Shown here piece after piece: positions 9,859-18,300 of a DNA stretch of 61,636 nucleotides (the stretch's first letter is position 1; each line of letters begins with the position of its first letter). The translations under genes and the position numbers were made by a program. Under the pieces are notes generated by a model, which ran no database searches, had not been told where the DNA came from, and saw only the letters and a list, made by a program, of their open reading frames with translations. Location: contig JANPJS010000292.1 of assembly GCA_031425655.1 (NCBI GenBank), positions 1 through 61,636 of the forward strand. The letters run 5' to 3'. The stretch comes from Abditibacteriaceae bacterium (GTDB lineage Bacteria; Armatimonadota; Abditibacteriia; Abditibacteriales; Abditibacteriaceae).

Positions 9859-10473
9859 ATGAACCGCAAGCGCGCCTTTGCCACGCTTTTCGTTGTTGTG
9901 ACGCTTTGCGGCGCGTTGGCTTTCTGGCGCTACTGGAAGGCTGCACAAACCTATGCCCACGGAAGGCCGGTGCCACAGGCGTGGGTCGAAAAAGTCATTT
10001 CGCCCACCAATTTTATGGCGCTGCAAGGAGCTGAAAAAGTCACCCTGTATTCGCTTTACCCTGAGTATTCGCTTTACTCTGATTACGGTGCGAGCCTTCA
10101 AGAAGCGCAAAGAAGGCTATCGAGTTTTCGCCCGCCTTTGCATACGACGGAGCTTTTTCACGGCTATCCCGTTTTGGGAAAGGTTGTGCTGAGCGCTTCG
10201 CAAACTAACGCGATGCTGCGCGCCTTTTATGACGGCATTCCTCAACCCGGCGGGTTCGATGGCAGAGCCGCCTGCTTCAGTCCGGGCCATTCTTTTCGCG
10301 TGGAACAAGCCGGTAAAATCACCGATTTCGTCATCTGCTTTAGATGCGGCCAATTTCTCATCAATCCGAAGCAGCAATACGGCAGGTCCATTTACATTAC
10401 CAAATCGCCTCAGCCGGTTTTCGACGCATTACTCAAAAGCAGGGCAATCGCATTAGAAATGCCGGGCGAATAA
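9859..10473 (+). CDS. Hypothetical exported protein; last 10 residues derive from an inserted MITE
   Basis: N-terminal hydrophobic segment; AACFSPGH and VICFRC motifs; see element 10440-10525. Confidence 0.75.
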   Translation: MNRKRAFATLFVVVTLCGALAFWRYWKAAQTYAHGRPVPQAWVEKVISPTNFMALQGAEKVTLYSLYPEYSLYSDYGASLQEAQRRLSSFRPPLHTTELFHGYPVLGKVVLSASQTNAMLRAFYDGIPQPGGFDGRAACFSPGHSFRVEQAGKITDFVICFRCGQFLINPKQQYGRSIYITKSPQPVFDALLKSRAIALEMPGE

Positions 10474-10525
10474 ATTCGCCCGGCATTTCCGTAAAACACC
10501 GAAAAATCCTAATGCGATTGCCCTG
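10440..10525. mobile_element. 86-bp non-autonomous element (MITE) with ISAs1-like CAGGG termini and a 9-bp target-site duplication
   Basis: Perfect 17-bp TIRs cagggcaatcgcattag (10440-10456) and ctaatgcgattgccctg (10509-10525); flanking direct repeat actcaaaag at 10431-10439 and 10526-10534; internal hairpin gaaatgccgggcgaat-aa-attcgcccggcatttc. Confidence 0.85.
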
Positions 10526-10560
10526 ACTCAAAAGCGCTTCCATCCCGCTGTCTCCAATGT

Positions 10561-10597
10561 AAAAAAGAGCGCATTGCAAATTTGCAATGCGCTCTTT
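10561..10597. terminator. Probable bidirectional intrinsic terminator
   Basis: aaagagcgcattgcaaatttgcaatgcgctcttt palindrome with A and T tracts, directly after the reconstructed original stop codon (10560-10562). Confidence 0.7.
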
Positions 10598-10642
10598 CCT
10601 TGCCTCAGTTTTCACATCATCTCAAAGTGCGCAGGCGCACAG

Positions 10643-10674
10643 GAAGTGAACAAGAAGTGAACAAGAAGTGAACA
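10643..10674. repeat. 11-bp tandem repeat (GAAGTGAACAA) x3
   Basis: gaagtgaacaa gaagtgaacaa gaagtgaaca in the long intergenic region upstream of 11146. Confidence 0.8.
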
Positions 10675-11145
10675 GATAATGCACTGGGTATCGCATCGGC
10701 CTCTGATTATAATGTCCGCTAATAACACATATGAATCGGGCAAAAGAAGGCCTGCGACTGCGTGTTCCGCTGAAAAACAGGGCGATTCGATGCTGTTTTC
10801 TGTTAAAAAGCGGACGTTTTCAGCGATTTTGCGATAGCGAGGAGGACATTGGTTTTGTAAAGGCACACGCACTTCAATTTTGGCTTGTAGCGCACCGGAT
10901 GCACTCCGCCAGCGGTTACCTCTACTTTCGACCTTCGGAGGCAATAGCATGGTGAATTCCGCTTCGATCCGACCTCCCCCGACACTTTTGCACCAAAGCG
11001 CCGTTTCGTAGAACCCCCTGACTACGACCCGTCTTTGAATAGCCAACTTGCTTCCCGGTGAAAAGATGCCGTATTCGCCGGACAATCTGATTGCGCCGTT
11101 TTAATCAGACACTTCGCTGTAACCGATAACACAGGAACGTTTTTT

Positions 11146-14100
11146 ATGAACCGAAAGTTTTTTCGATGGATTTGGATTTTGATGTTGGCCGCGCTGACCA
11201 ACGGCGCGAGTCGCAATGCGCACGCGGCGACCTTTACCGTGACTTCGAGCGCCGATCCCGGCAACGGCGCCTGCACTGCGGCGGGCGTAAACGGCGGCTG
11301 CACGCTGCGCGAAGCGATTACTGAGGCAAACAGCACCGGCGCCAGCGACACCATTAACTTCGACGCCGGCGTGACCGGCGCCATCGTGCTGAGCGGCACG
11401 CAACTGACGATTACCGCCCCGGTGGCCATCAATGGGCCGGGCGCGACTACTCTGGCCATCAACGGCAATAATGCCAGCCGCGTTTTCAGCATCAGCGGCG
11501 GCAGCGTTGGGACGCCGGTTAGCATCCTCGGCCTGGCCATTATCAACGGCAACTCGGCGTCTTCGCCCACGCCGCAACACGGCGGCGGCATTCTGACAAC
11601 CGGCGTCGTTCATATCGCCAATAGCACCATCGGCGGCAACATCTCCGCCGGCGCGGCCATCGGTGAAGGCGGCGGCGGCTTGGCCGCAATCGGCGGCAGC
11701 GTTAGCATCACCAATAGCACGATTGCCAATAACACGGCGACTGCTGGTGTGGCGAACGGCGGCGGCATTTTCATCGGGCCGGGAACGGTCTTGACTGTCC
11801 ACGGCGGCACGATTGACAGCAATAATGCGGCACGCGCGGGCGGCGGCATCGAAAACAACGGCGGCACGGTTACGATGACCGATGTCGCTTTGCGCTTCAA
11901 CACTACGGGCATCAACGGCGGCGGGTTGCACACCAGCGGCGCCGGACAAGTCACCATCAACGGCGGCAGTGTCGTGGAAAACGGCGCCGGGCAAGAAGGC
12001 GGCGGCTTGTGGAACTCGGTGGGTGGCTCCATGACGGTGCAAAGCAGCATCGCCGGCATGGTTTCCATTCTGCGTAACAGGGCCAACGGCGATGCGGTCG
12101 AGCAGGGCGGCGGCGGCATTTTCAACGACGGCGGCAACGTCGTCGTCTCCAACGCGCTGATAAATGCCAACAGGGCGTCGGCTGCGGCCATCGGCAACGG
12201 CGGCGGCGGCATCTTCAATGACGGCACGCTGAGCTTAATTAACAGCACCGTGACCGACAATCTGGCCGATATCGGTGCGCTGGGCAACGGCGGCGGCATT
12301 TTCAACTCCGATGGCGGCACGCTCAACGTCACGCGCGGCGGTGTTAATGGCAACCGCGCCAATCGGGCCGGTGGCGGCATCGAAAACAATGGCGGCAACG
12401 TCACGCTGACCGATGTCGCCTTGCGTTTCAACACGACCGGCATCAACGGCGGCGGATTTCACACCAGCGGCGCCGGACAAGTCACCATCAACGGCGGAGT
12501 TGTGGCCGATAACACCGCCGGGCAGGAAGGCGGCGGCCTGTGGAACTCGGCGGGCGGCTCCATGACGGTGCAAAGCAGCGTGGCCGGCACCGCTTCCATC
12601 ACGCGCAATGTAGCCAACGGCGATGCCGTTGAGCAAGGCGGCGGCGGCATTTTCAACGACGGCGGCACGGTTATCGTTTCCAACGCCTTCATTACTGCCA
12701 ACAGGGCCACGGCGGCGGCCATCGGCAACGGCGGCGGCGGCATTTTCAACGACGGCGTTTTGACAATGATCAACAGCACCGTGACCGATAATCTGGCGAA
12801 CATCGGCGCACTGGGCAACGGCGGCGGCATTTTCAACTCGGATGGCGGAACGCTCAACGCCACGCGAGGCCGCATCAGCCGCAACCGCGCCAACCGCGCC
12901 GGCGGCGGCATCGAAAACAATTTGGGCGATGTCACGCTGACCAACGTGACGCTAACCGCCAACATTACAGGCATCAACGGTGGCGCGATTCATACCAGCG
13001 GCGCCGGGCAGGTCACGATAAACGGCGGAGTCGTCACCGATAACGTCGCCGGGCAGGAAGGCGGTGGCCTGTGGAACTCGGTTAGCGGCTCCATGACGGT
13101 GCGTAGCAGCGTGGCGGGACGAGCTTCGATTCTGCGCAACCGGGCTAACGGCGATGCTGTTGAGCAGGGCGGCGGCGGCATTTTCAACGACGGCGGCATC
13201 GTCGTGGTTGACAACGCGCTGATCCGTGACAATCGCGCCACGGCGGCAGCGATTGGCAATGGTGGCGGCGGCATTTTTAACGACGGCACGCTGACTTTGA
13301 CGAACGCAACTCTGACCGCCAATCTGGCGAATATCGGCGCGTTGGGCAATGGCGGCGGCATTCTCAACTCGGATGGCGGCATCCTCACCGTTACGGGTGG
13401 CAGCATCGGCAGCAACGTCGCCAATCGCGCCGGCGGCGGCATCGAAAACTTAGGTAACGTCACGCTGACCAATGTGATCTTGAACCTCAACAGCACCGGC
13501 ATCAACGGCGGCGGCTTGCACACCAGCGGCGCCGGACAGGTCAGGATAAACGGCAGCGACGTGCTGCGCAACTCTGCCGGGCAGGAAGGCGGCGGCCTGT
13601 GGAACTCGGCGGGCGGGTCTCTGACCGTCAACAACAGCACCGTGACCGATAATTTCGCTTCCGGCGTTGACCCCGATCAAGGTGGCGGCGGGATTTACAA
13701 CGATGGCGGGCCGGTCATCGTAAACAACTGCAATCTGCTTCGCAATCGCGCGAACGGAACATCCGGCAGCGGCGGCGGCATTCTGAACAAAGCCGGCACG
13801 CTTGCGGTTAACGGCGGCACCATCGCCGACAACAACGCACAACGCGCCGGCGGCGGTATCGAAGACAACGCCGGAACCGGCATCACGCTCAACCAGGTGA
13901 CGCTGCGTGGCAATATGACCGGCGCAGCTCCCGGCAACGGCGGTGGCTTGCACATCACGGGCGCCGGCACGGTCGAAGTGAACGACAGCACTGTGGCCAA
14001 TAACACCGCCAGCGCCGAGGGCGGCGGCTTGTGGAATTCCTCAACGGGAACTCTCAGCATCAACAACAGCACCATCAGCGGCAACACCGCGAATGGCCCC

Positions 14101-14631
14101 AGCGCCACGCAGCAGGGTGGCGGCGGCGTTTACAACGATGGCGGCACGTTAAACATTTCTAACAGCACCATTGCCTCCAATCTGGCATCTGCCGGCGACG
14201 GCGGCGGCATTCTCAGCATCGGCGGCACAGCCACAGTCGGCAGCACGATTGTCGCGCTCAATACCGCAATCACGGCCCCCGATGTCTCCGGCACCTTCGT
14301 TTCGGACGACTTCAACCTCATCGGCATTGCCAACGGCAGCACCGGCTTTACGGGCGCCAATGACCAGACCGGCTCGACGGCTACGCCGATTGATCCGCTT
14401 CTTGGGCCTTTGGCTAATAACGGCGGCCCCACGTTCACGCGCGCTTTGCTACCCGGCAGTCCCGCGATTGATGCCGGCGGCGACAGTGGCGGCAACCAGT
14501 TCGATCAACGCGGCCCCGGTTTCCCGCGCGTGCGAAACGGACAAGTGGACATCGGCGCTTTTGAAGTGCAGCAGGGAAGCACGTCGAATAGTGCCGCCTC
14601 GCTGGAAAATAGCGACGAGCCTTCCAAGTGA
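11146..14631 (+). CDS. Large secreted CSLREA-type/choice-of-anchor Q protein with Gly-rich beta-helix repeats
   Basis: Signal peptide ending AHA; FTVTS...CTLREAI; many GGGI(F/E)N repeats; C-terminal DPLLGPLANNGGPT..L.PGSPAIDAG..DQRG..DIGAFE; internal 531-bp (177-aa) repeat. Confidence 0.88.
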   Translation: MNRKFFRWIWILMLAALTNGASRNAHAATFTVTSSADPGNGACTAAGVNGGCTLREAITEANSTGASDTINFDAGVTGAIVLSGTQLTITAPVAINGPGATTLAINGNNASRVFSISGGSVGTPVSILGLAIINGNSASSPTPQHGGGILTTGVVHIANSTIGGNISAGAAIGEGGGGLAAIGGSVSITNSTIANNTATAGVANGGGIFIGPGTVLTVHGGTIDSNNAARAGGGIENNGGTVTMTDVALRFNTTGINGGGLHTSGAGQVTINGGSVVENGAGQEGGGLWNSVGGSMTVQSSIAGMVSILRNRANGDAVEQGGGGIFNDGGNVVVSNALINANRASAAAIGNGGGGIFNDGTLSLINSTVTDNLADIGALGNGGGIFNSDGGTLNVTRGGVNGNRANRAGGGIENNGGNVTLTDVALRFNTTGINGGGFHTSGAGQVTINGGVVADNTAGQEGGGLWNSAGGSMTVQSSVAGTASITRNVANGDAVEQGGGGIFNDGGTVIVSNAFITANRATAAAIGNGGGGIFNDGVLTMINSTVTDNLANIGALGNGGGIFNSDGGTLNATRGRISRNRANRAGGGIENNLGDVTLTNVTLTANITGINGGAIHTSGAGQVTINGGVVTDNVAGQEGGGLWNSVSGSMTVRSSVAGRASILRNRANGDAVEQGGGGIFNDGGIVVVDNALIRDNRATAAAIGNGGGGIFNDGTLTLTNATLTANLANIGALGNGGGILNSDGGILTVTGGSIGSNVANRAGGGIENLGNVTLTNVILNLNSTGINGGGLHTSGAGQVRINGSDVLRNSAGQEGGGLWNSAGGSLTVNNSTVTDNFASGVDPDQGGGGIYNDGGPVIVNNCNLLRNRANGTSGSGGGILNKAGTLAVNGGTIADNNAQRAGGGIEDNAGTGITLNQVTLRGNMTGAAPGNGGGLHITGAGTVEVNDSTVANNTASAEGGGLWNSSTGTLSINNSTISGNTANGPSATQQGGGGVYNDGGTLNISNSTIASNLASAGDGGGILSIGGTATVGSTIVALNTAITAPDVSGTFVSDDFNLIGIANGSTGFTGANDQTGSTATPIDPLLGPLANNGGPTFTRALLPGSPAIDAGGDSGGNQFDQRGPGFPRVRNGQVDIGAFEVQQGSTSNSAASLENSDEPSK

Positions 14632-14688
14632 GTCTCTTGAGTCGTAGTGCGAAAAGTCTCTGCGTAAAGCCGTGAGTCTGATCGCATA

Positions 14689-14730
14689 ACAAAGCGCGCT
14701 CTGCGAAATTCGCAGAGCGCGTTTTGTTTT
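14689..14730. terminator. Intrinsic terminator between convergent genes
   Basis: Stem gcgcgctctgcg-aaatt-cgcagagcgcgt followed by a T-rich tract. Confidence 0.7.
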
Positions 14731-14738
14731 CTGTGGTT

Positions 14739-15287
14739 TTACGGCAACTTCACGCTTAAACCAGAGTTCGGGCCGGGCGGAATGACCATTTGCGTCATCG
14801 GCTCGTTGCGATCTTGCGATTCGCCAGCGCGCAATTGGTCGAGCAACTCCTGCGCGTTCAAGCGGCGGCCCAAAATCGCTTCGGATTGCGGACGCGGGCG
14901 ATGTGGCTGCTTGGCCCGATAAACCACCACGTCGCGCAAGCCGGCTTCCATCGCGCGGCGGCAAACACCGCGCACGTAATAACGGTTGAATTCGCCTTCG
15001 GCTAAAGTATCCGCCGCCGTGTAAGGCACTTTCGCCTCGACGACGTTGCCGTTTGGCCTGTGGCGCGACTCCCAATCTTTGATGCGATGATTAACACGCA
15101 AAGCGTCGGCTAACAGCACGTCGTTGAGGCTTTCAATCGCCGCGCGCAGCAAACTTTCGTAGTCGCGCCGACCGCGCTCGCTGAGGCGCGGGCTGAAATA
15201 CAAGCTGCCTTGCTCGACATCGTGTTCCAACTCGTCGAGCATATATTGCCGCGTCTGCGGGTCTAAATTCACTAAACGCAGTGCCAT
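14739..15287 (-). CDS. Hypothetical protein downstream of recA
   Basis: AAGGAG RBS before ATG; globular 182-aa sequence with AEGEFNRYYVRG and PPGPNSGLSV; no function recognised. Confidence 0.8.
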   Translation of the reverse strand: MALRLVNLDPQTRQYMLDELEHDVEQGSLYFSPRLSERGRRDYESLLRAAIESLNDVLLADALRVNHRIKDWESRHRPNGNVVEAKVPYTAADTLAEGEFNRYYVRGVCRRAMEAGLRDVVVYRAKQPHRPRPQSEAILGRRLNAQELLDQLRAGESQDRNEPMTQMVIPPGPNSGLSVKLP

Positions 15288-15304
15288 AACACTCCTTCGG
15301 AGAA

Positions 15305-15370
15305 TTTTGAATTTTGAGTGATGAGTTTTGAGTTGGAATTAACTCAAAACTCATCACTCAAAATTCAAAA
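15305..15370. repeat. 30-bp perfect inverted repeat built from heptamers (TTTTGAA/TTTTGAG/TGATGAG)
   Basis: 15305-15334 is the exact reverse complement of 15341-15370; it abuts the recA stop codon. Confidence 0.9.
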
Positions 15371-16462
15371 CTATTCTTCGTCTTCGACCGGAACGGGCTG
15401 TGTGCCGTTCGAGGCGCCGTTTTCGGGGCGGCCTTTGAGGCCGCAAACCTCGCGGATTTGATCTTCAAGCGCAGCAGAGAAATCAGGATTATCCTGCAAA
15501 TACTGCCGCGCGTTGTCGCGTCCCTGAAAGCGCTCTTCGTTGACCGTAAACCACGCGCCGCCCTTTTGGATTAAGCCTTTGGCGACCGCCAAGTCGAGAA
15601 TATCGCCGTATTTGTTGATGCCTTTGCCGAAGATTAAATCGAATTCGGCATCGCGGAACGGCGGCGCGATTTTGTTCTTGAGAACCGTGACTTTGGTTCG
15701 GCTGCCAAGCTGCTCAGTGCCGCTTTTGATGGCTTCGCCGCGCGAAACGCGCAAGCGCACGCTGGCGAAAAACTTCAAAGCGCGTCCGCCCGGCGTGGTT
15801 TCGGGCGAACCGTAAATCACGCCGACTTTTTCACGAATCTGGTTAATGAAAATCACGGTGGCGTTGGCTTTTCCTGCTGTCGAAGCCAGCTTGCGGCAAC
15901 CCTGGCTCATCATGCGCGCCATGGTGCCGACTTGCAAATCGCCCATTTCGCCCTCGACTTCCGAGCGCGGCGTCAAGGCAGCCACGGAGTCCACGACAAT
16001 CAAGTCAATCGCGCCGCTGCGAATCAGCGTGTCGGCGATTTCCAACGCCTGCTCACCGTTGTCGGGCTGCGATACGAACAAGTTGTCTACGTCCACGCCC
16101 AAAGCGGCAGCGTAAGTCGGGTCAAGCGCGTGTTCGGCGTCAATAAAGGCGCACACGCCGCCGGCTTTTTGCGCTTCGGCCACGCAATGCAGTGTGAGCG
16201 TGGTTTTGCCGCCGCCTTCCACGCCGAAAATCTCGACTAAGCGCCCGCGTGGCAAGCCTCCGCCCAGCGCCAAATCGAGGGACAGCGAACCCGTCGGCGT
16301 GGTGTCCACCAACATATGCGACTTGTCGCCCAAACGCATCACGGAACCTTTGCCGAAGGTCTTTTCCATGCGCGCGACTGCGTCTTCCAATGCTTTCAGC
16401 TTTTCCGCAGCGGGCGCGTTCGGATTGCCATGCGACTTGCTTGAAACGAATTCTTTAGCCAT
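15371..16462 (-). CDS. recA: Recombinase RecA
   Basis: FGKGSVM, GGLPRGR, GGGKTT (Walker A), [51 protein letters not shown] 16462 after AAGGAG. Confidence 0.98.
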   Translation of the reverse strand: MAKEFVSSKSHGNPNAPAAEKLKALEDAVARMEKTFGKGSVMRLGDKSHMLVDTTPTGSLSLDLALGGGLPRGRLVEIFGVEGGGKTTLTLHCVAEAQKAGGVCAFIDAEHALDPTYAAALGVDVDNLFVSQPDNGEQALEIADTLIRSGAIDLIVVDSVAALTPRSEVEGEMGDLQVGTMARMMSQGCRKLASTAGKANATVIFINQIREKVGVIYGSPETTPGGRALKFFASVRLRVSRGEAIKSGTEQLGSRTKVTVLKNKIAPPFRDAEFDLIFGKGINKYGDILDLAVAKGLIQKGGAWFTVNEERFQGRDNARQYLQDNPDFSAALEDQIREVCGLKGRPENGASNGTQPVPVEDEE

Positions 16463-16636
16463 TTCTTGCTCGTTCTCCTTAAACTTTTCCGTCTTTTCTG
16501 ATGACTGAACCAATGACGATTTGCGCGGCTCTTCGTTGCCGCTGATTGCTCCTGAAACGCCATAAATTCGGCAATTTCACTCATATCAGTGATAGCATTA
16601 GTGTAGCCGAACCGCGTCGTGAAAACAAGTGAAATT

Positions 16637-16933
16637 TCACGGTAAATTTTGGGCCTCTTTATCACCCAAAGAATCTCCTTGTCGGCTCTCTTTGGTGTGC
16701 TGGTGGTGCGTTTTGCTAATGGTTAACAACTCTGCAAAAGCCCGAAATGAGGAAGCACAGAAAACAAATCCTAAAGCTATTGCCGCCACAGCTAAAGTTG
16801 CACAAAGAATAGAAACGATAACGAGCATTGGAGTGGTAAAGGAAAAGACCAAAAAATCCACGCCAGACCTGATCATCGTCAAACCAACGATGAAACCGAA
16901 GAGAATTGTAGCGACACTTCTCAATGTTTTCAT
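16637..16933 (-). CDS. Small (98 aa) AT-rich 2-TM hypothetical protein between cinA and recA
   Basis: GGAGG 7 nt before ATG 16933; MKTLRSVATILFGFIVGL...; two hydrophobic segments. Confidence 0.65.
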   Translation of the reverse strand: MKTLRSVATILFGFIVGLTMIRSGVDFLVFSFTTPMLVIVSILCATLAVAAIALGFVFCASSFRAFAELLTISKTHHQHTKESRQGDSLGDKEAQNLP

Positions 16934-16985
16934 GATGTGTCCTCCAATGGTTCCACGACGCTTTTGAAGGCTGCTGTCACCTGTG

Positions 16986-18230
16986 TTATTCGCGCAACTG
17001 CCGCCGCAAAATATCAATGGCGGCCAGCGATGCGCGACGGCGAATGGCGTCGCGGTCTCCGCTGAAATGACGTTCGACGGCGCGGCTGCCGTTTGCGTCC
17101 GCAATGCCGATGAAAACCGTGCCGACATCGGCGCCCGATTGCGATTGCGGGCCGGCTTCGCCCGTCGTTGAAAGGCCGTAAGTCGCACCGCTGATTTTGC
17201 GAACGCCTTCGGCCATCGCGATTGCGGTTTCCGCGCTGACTACGCCTTTTTCCGTGATAAGATCGCGCGAAACGCCCAAAATATCGGCTTTCATGTCAAT
17301 GGAATAGGCGATGACGCCGCCGCGCAACACTTTGCTGGCGCCGGGCACGTCGCTGAGAAAGGCATTCGCCACGCCGCCCGTCAGCGATTCGGCGACGGCC
17401 AAAGTTTCGCCGCGCTCTTCGAGTGCGTTTAAAAGCACGGCGGGCAGCGTTTGCTCGTCCACGCCGAAAATGTGTTCGCCGACGCGCTCGCGGATTGTGG
17501 CTTCCAGTTCATCGAGCAAAATTTTGGCGGCGGCTTCGCTTTCGGCTTTGGCGGTCAGGCGCAAATGGACTTCGGTGTTGCCGAAAATGAGCGGCGCGGC
17601 AGTCGGATTTGTCGCTGTGGTGAGAATGTCTTCAAGCGGCTCGGCGATCATGCTTTCGCCGATGCCGAATGAGCGCAGCAGGCGCGAAACGATGAGTTGC
17701 GGTTTGCCTTCGACGCGCTCCAATAAAAACGGAATGATGCTGTTGTCGAGCAGCACTTTCATTTCGCGCGGCACGCCGGGGACGGCGAAAAGCAGCTTCT
17801 TATCGGGCGTTTCGGCGCGCAATCCCGGCGCGGTGCCGGCAGGATTGTCCAATGCGACGGCGCCGCGCGGCACGTAAGCCTGACGTAAAATACTGTCTAC
17901 GATGGTGATTTGCCGACCAGCGAACCAATCGCGCAGATGCTGAGCGATGGCTTCGTCGAATTCCAGCGGCGCATCCAAAGCAAGGGAAATGGCATCGCGC
18001 GTTAAGTCGTCGGTTGTTGGGCCTAAGCCGCCGGTGATGACTAAAATATCGGCGCGTGAAAGCGCACCGCGAATGCAATCTACGATGCGCTCTAAATTAT
18101 CGCCGGCGGTTTGCTTGCGATGCACGTCAATACCGGCCCGCGCTAATCGCTGGGCGATATAAGCCGCGTTGGTGTCAATGATTTGTCCGAGCAGCAGTTC
18201 GCTGCCCACGCATAAAATTTCCGCGCGCAC
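16986..18230 (-). CDS. cinA: Competence/damage-inducible protein CinA (MoCF-like domain + NMN deamidase PncC)
   Basis: GSELLLGQIIDTN, GGLGPTTDDLT, GTAPG, PGVPREM, AESLTGG, GVVSAETAIAMAEG, STTGEAGP. Confidence 0.95.
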   Translation of the reverse strand: MRAEILCVGSELLLGQIIDTNAAYIAQRLARAGIDVHRKQTAGDNLERIVDCIRGALSRADILVITGGLGPTTDDLTRDAISLALDAPLEFDEAIAQHLRDWFAGRQITIVDSILRQAYVPRGAVALDNPAGTAPGLRAETPDKKLLFAVPGVPREMKVLLDNSIIPFLLERVEGKPQLIVSRLLRSFGIGESMIAEPLEDILTTATNPTAAPLIFGNTEVHLRLTAKAESEAAAKILLDELEATIRERVGEHIFGVDEQTLPAVLLNALEERGETLAVAESLTGGVANAFLSDVPGASKVLRGGVIAYSIDMKADILGVSRDLITEKGVVSAETAIAMAEGVRKISGATYGLSTTGEAGPQSQSGADVGTVFIGIADANGSRAVERHFSGDRDAIRRRASLAAIDILRRQLRE

Positions 18231-18300
18231 GAGAATGTCCTGTAGACTGGATTTACAACGCAGTTAACTTTAACTCAGATGCGCGTTGTGCTTTCGCCCG

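Noticed and set aside
11830..13700. Possible CRISPR array or DGR template/variable repeat pair
   Set aside because: The repeats are long, in frame and coding, with no unique spacers, no cas or reverse transcriptase gene, and no evident adenine-specific mismatch pattern.
16500..16640. LexA/SOS box upstream of recA
   Set aside because: cgaaccgcgtcg only partly resembles CGAAC-N4-GTTCG, and no convincing match to a known box was found.
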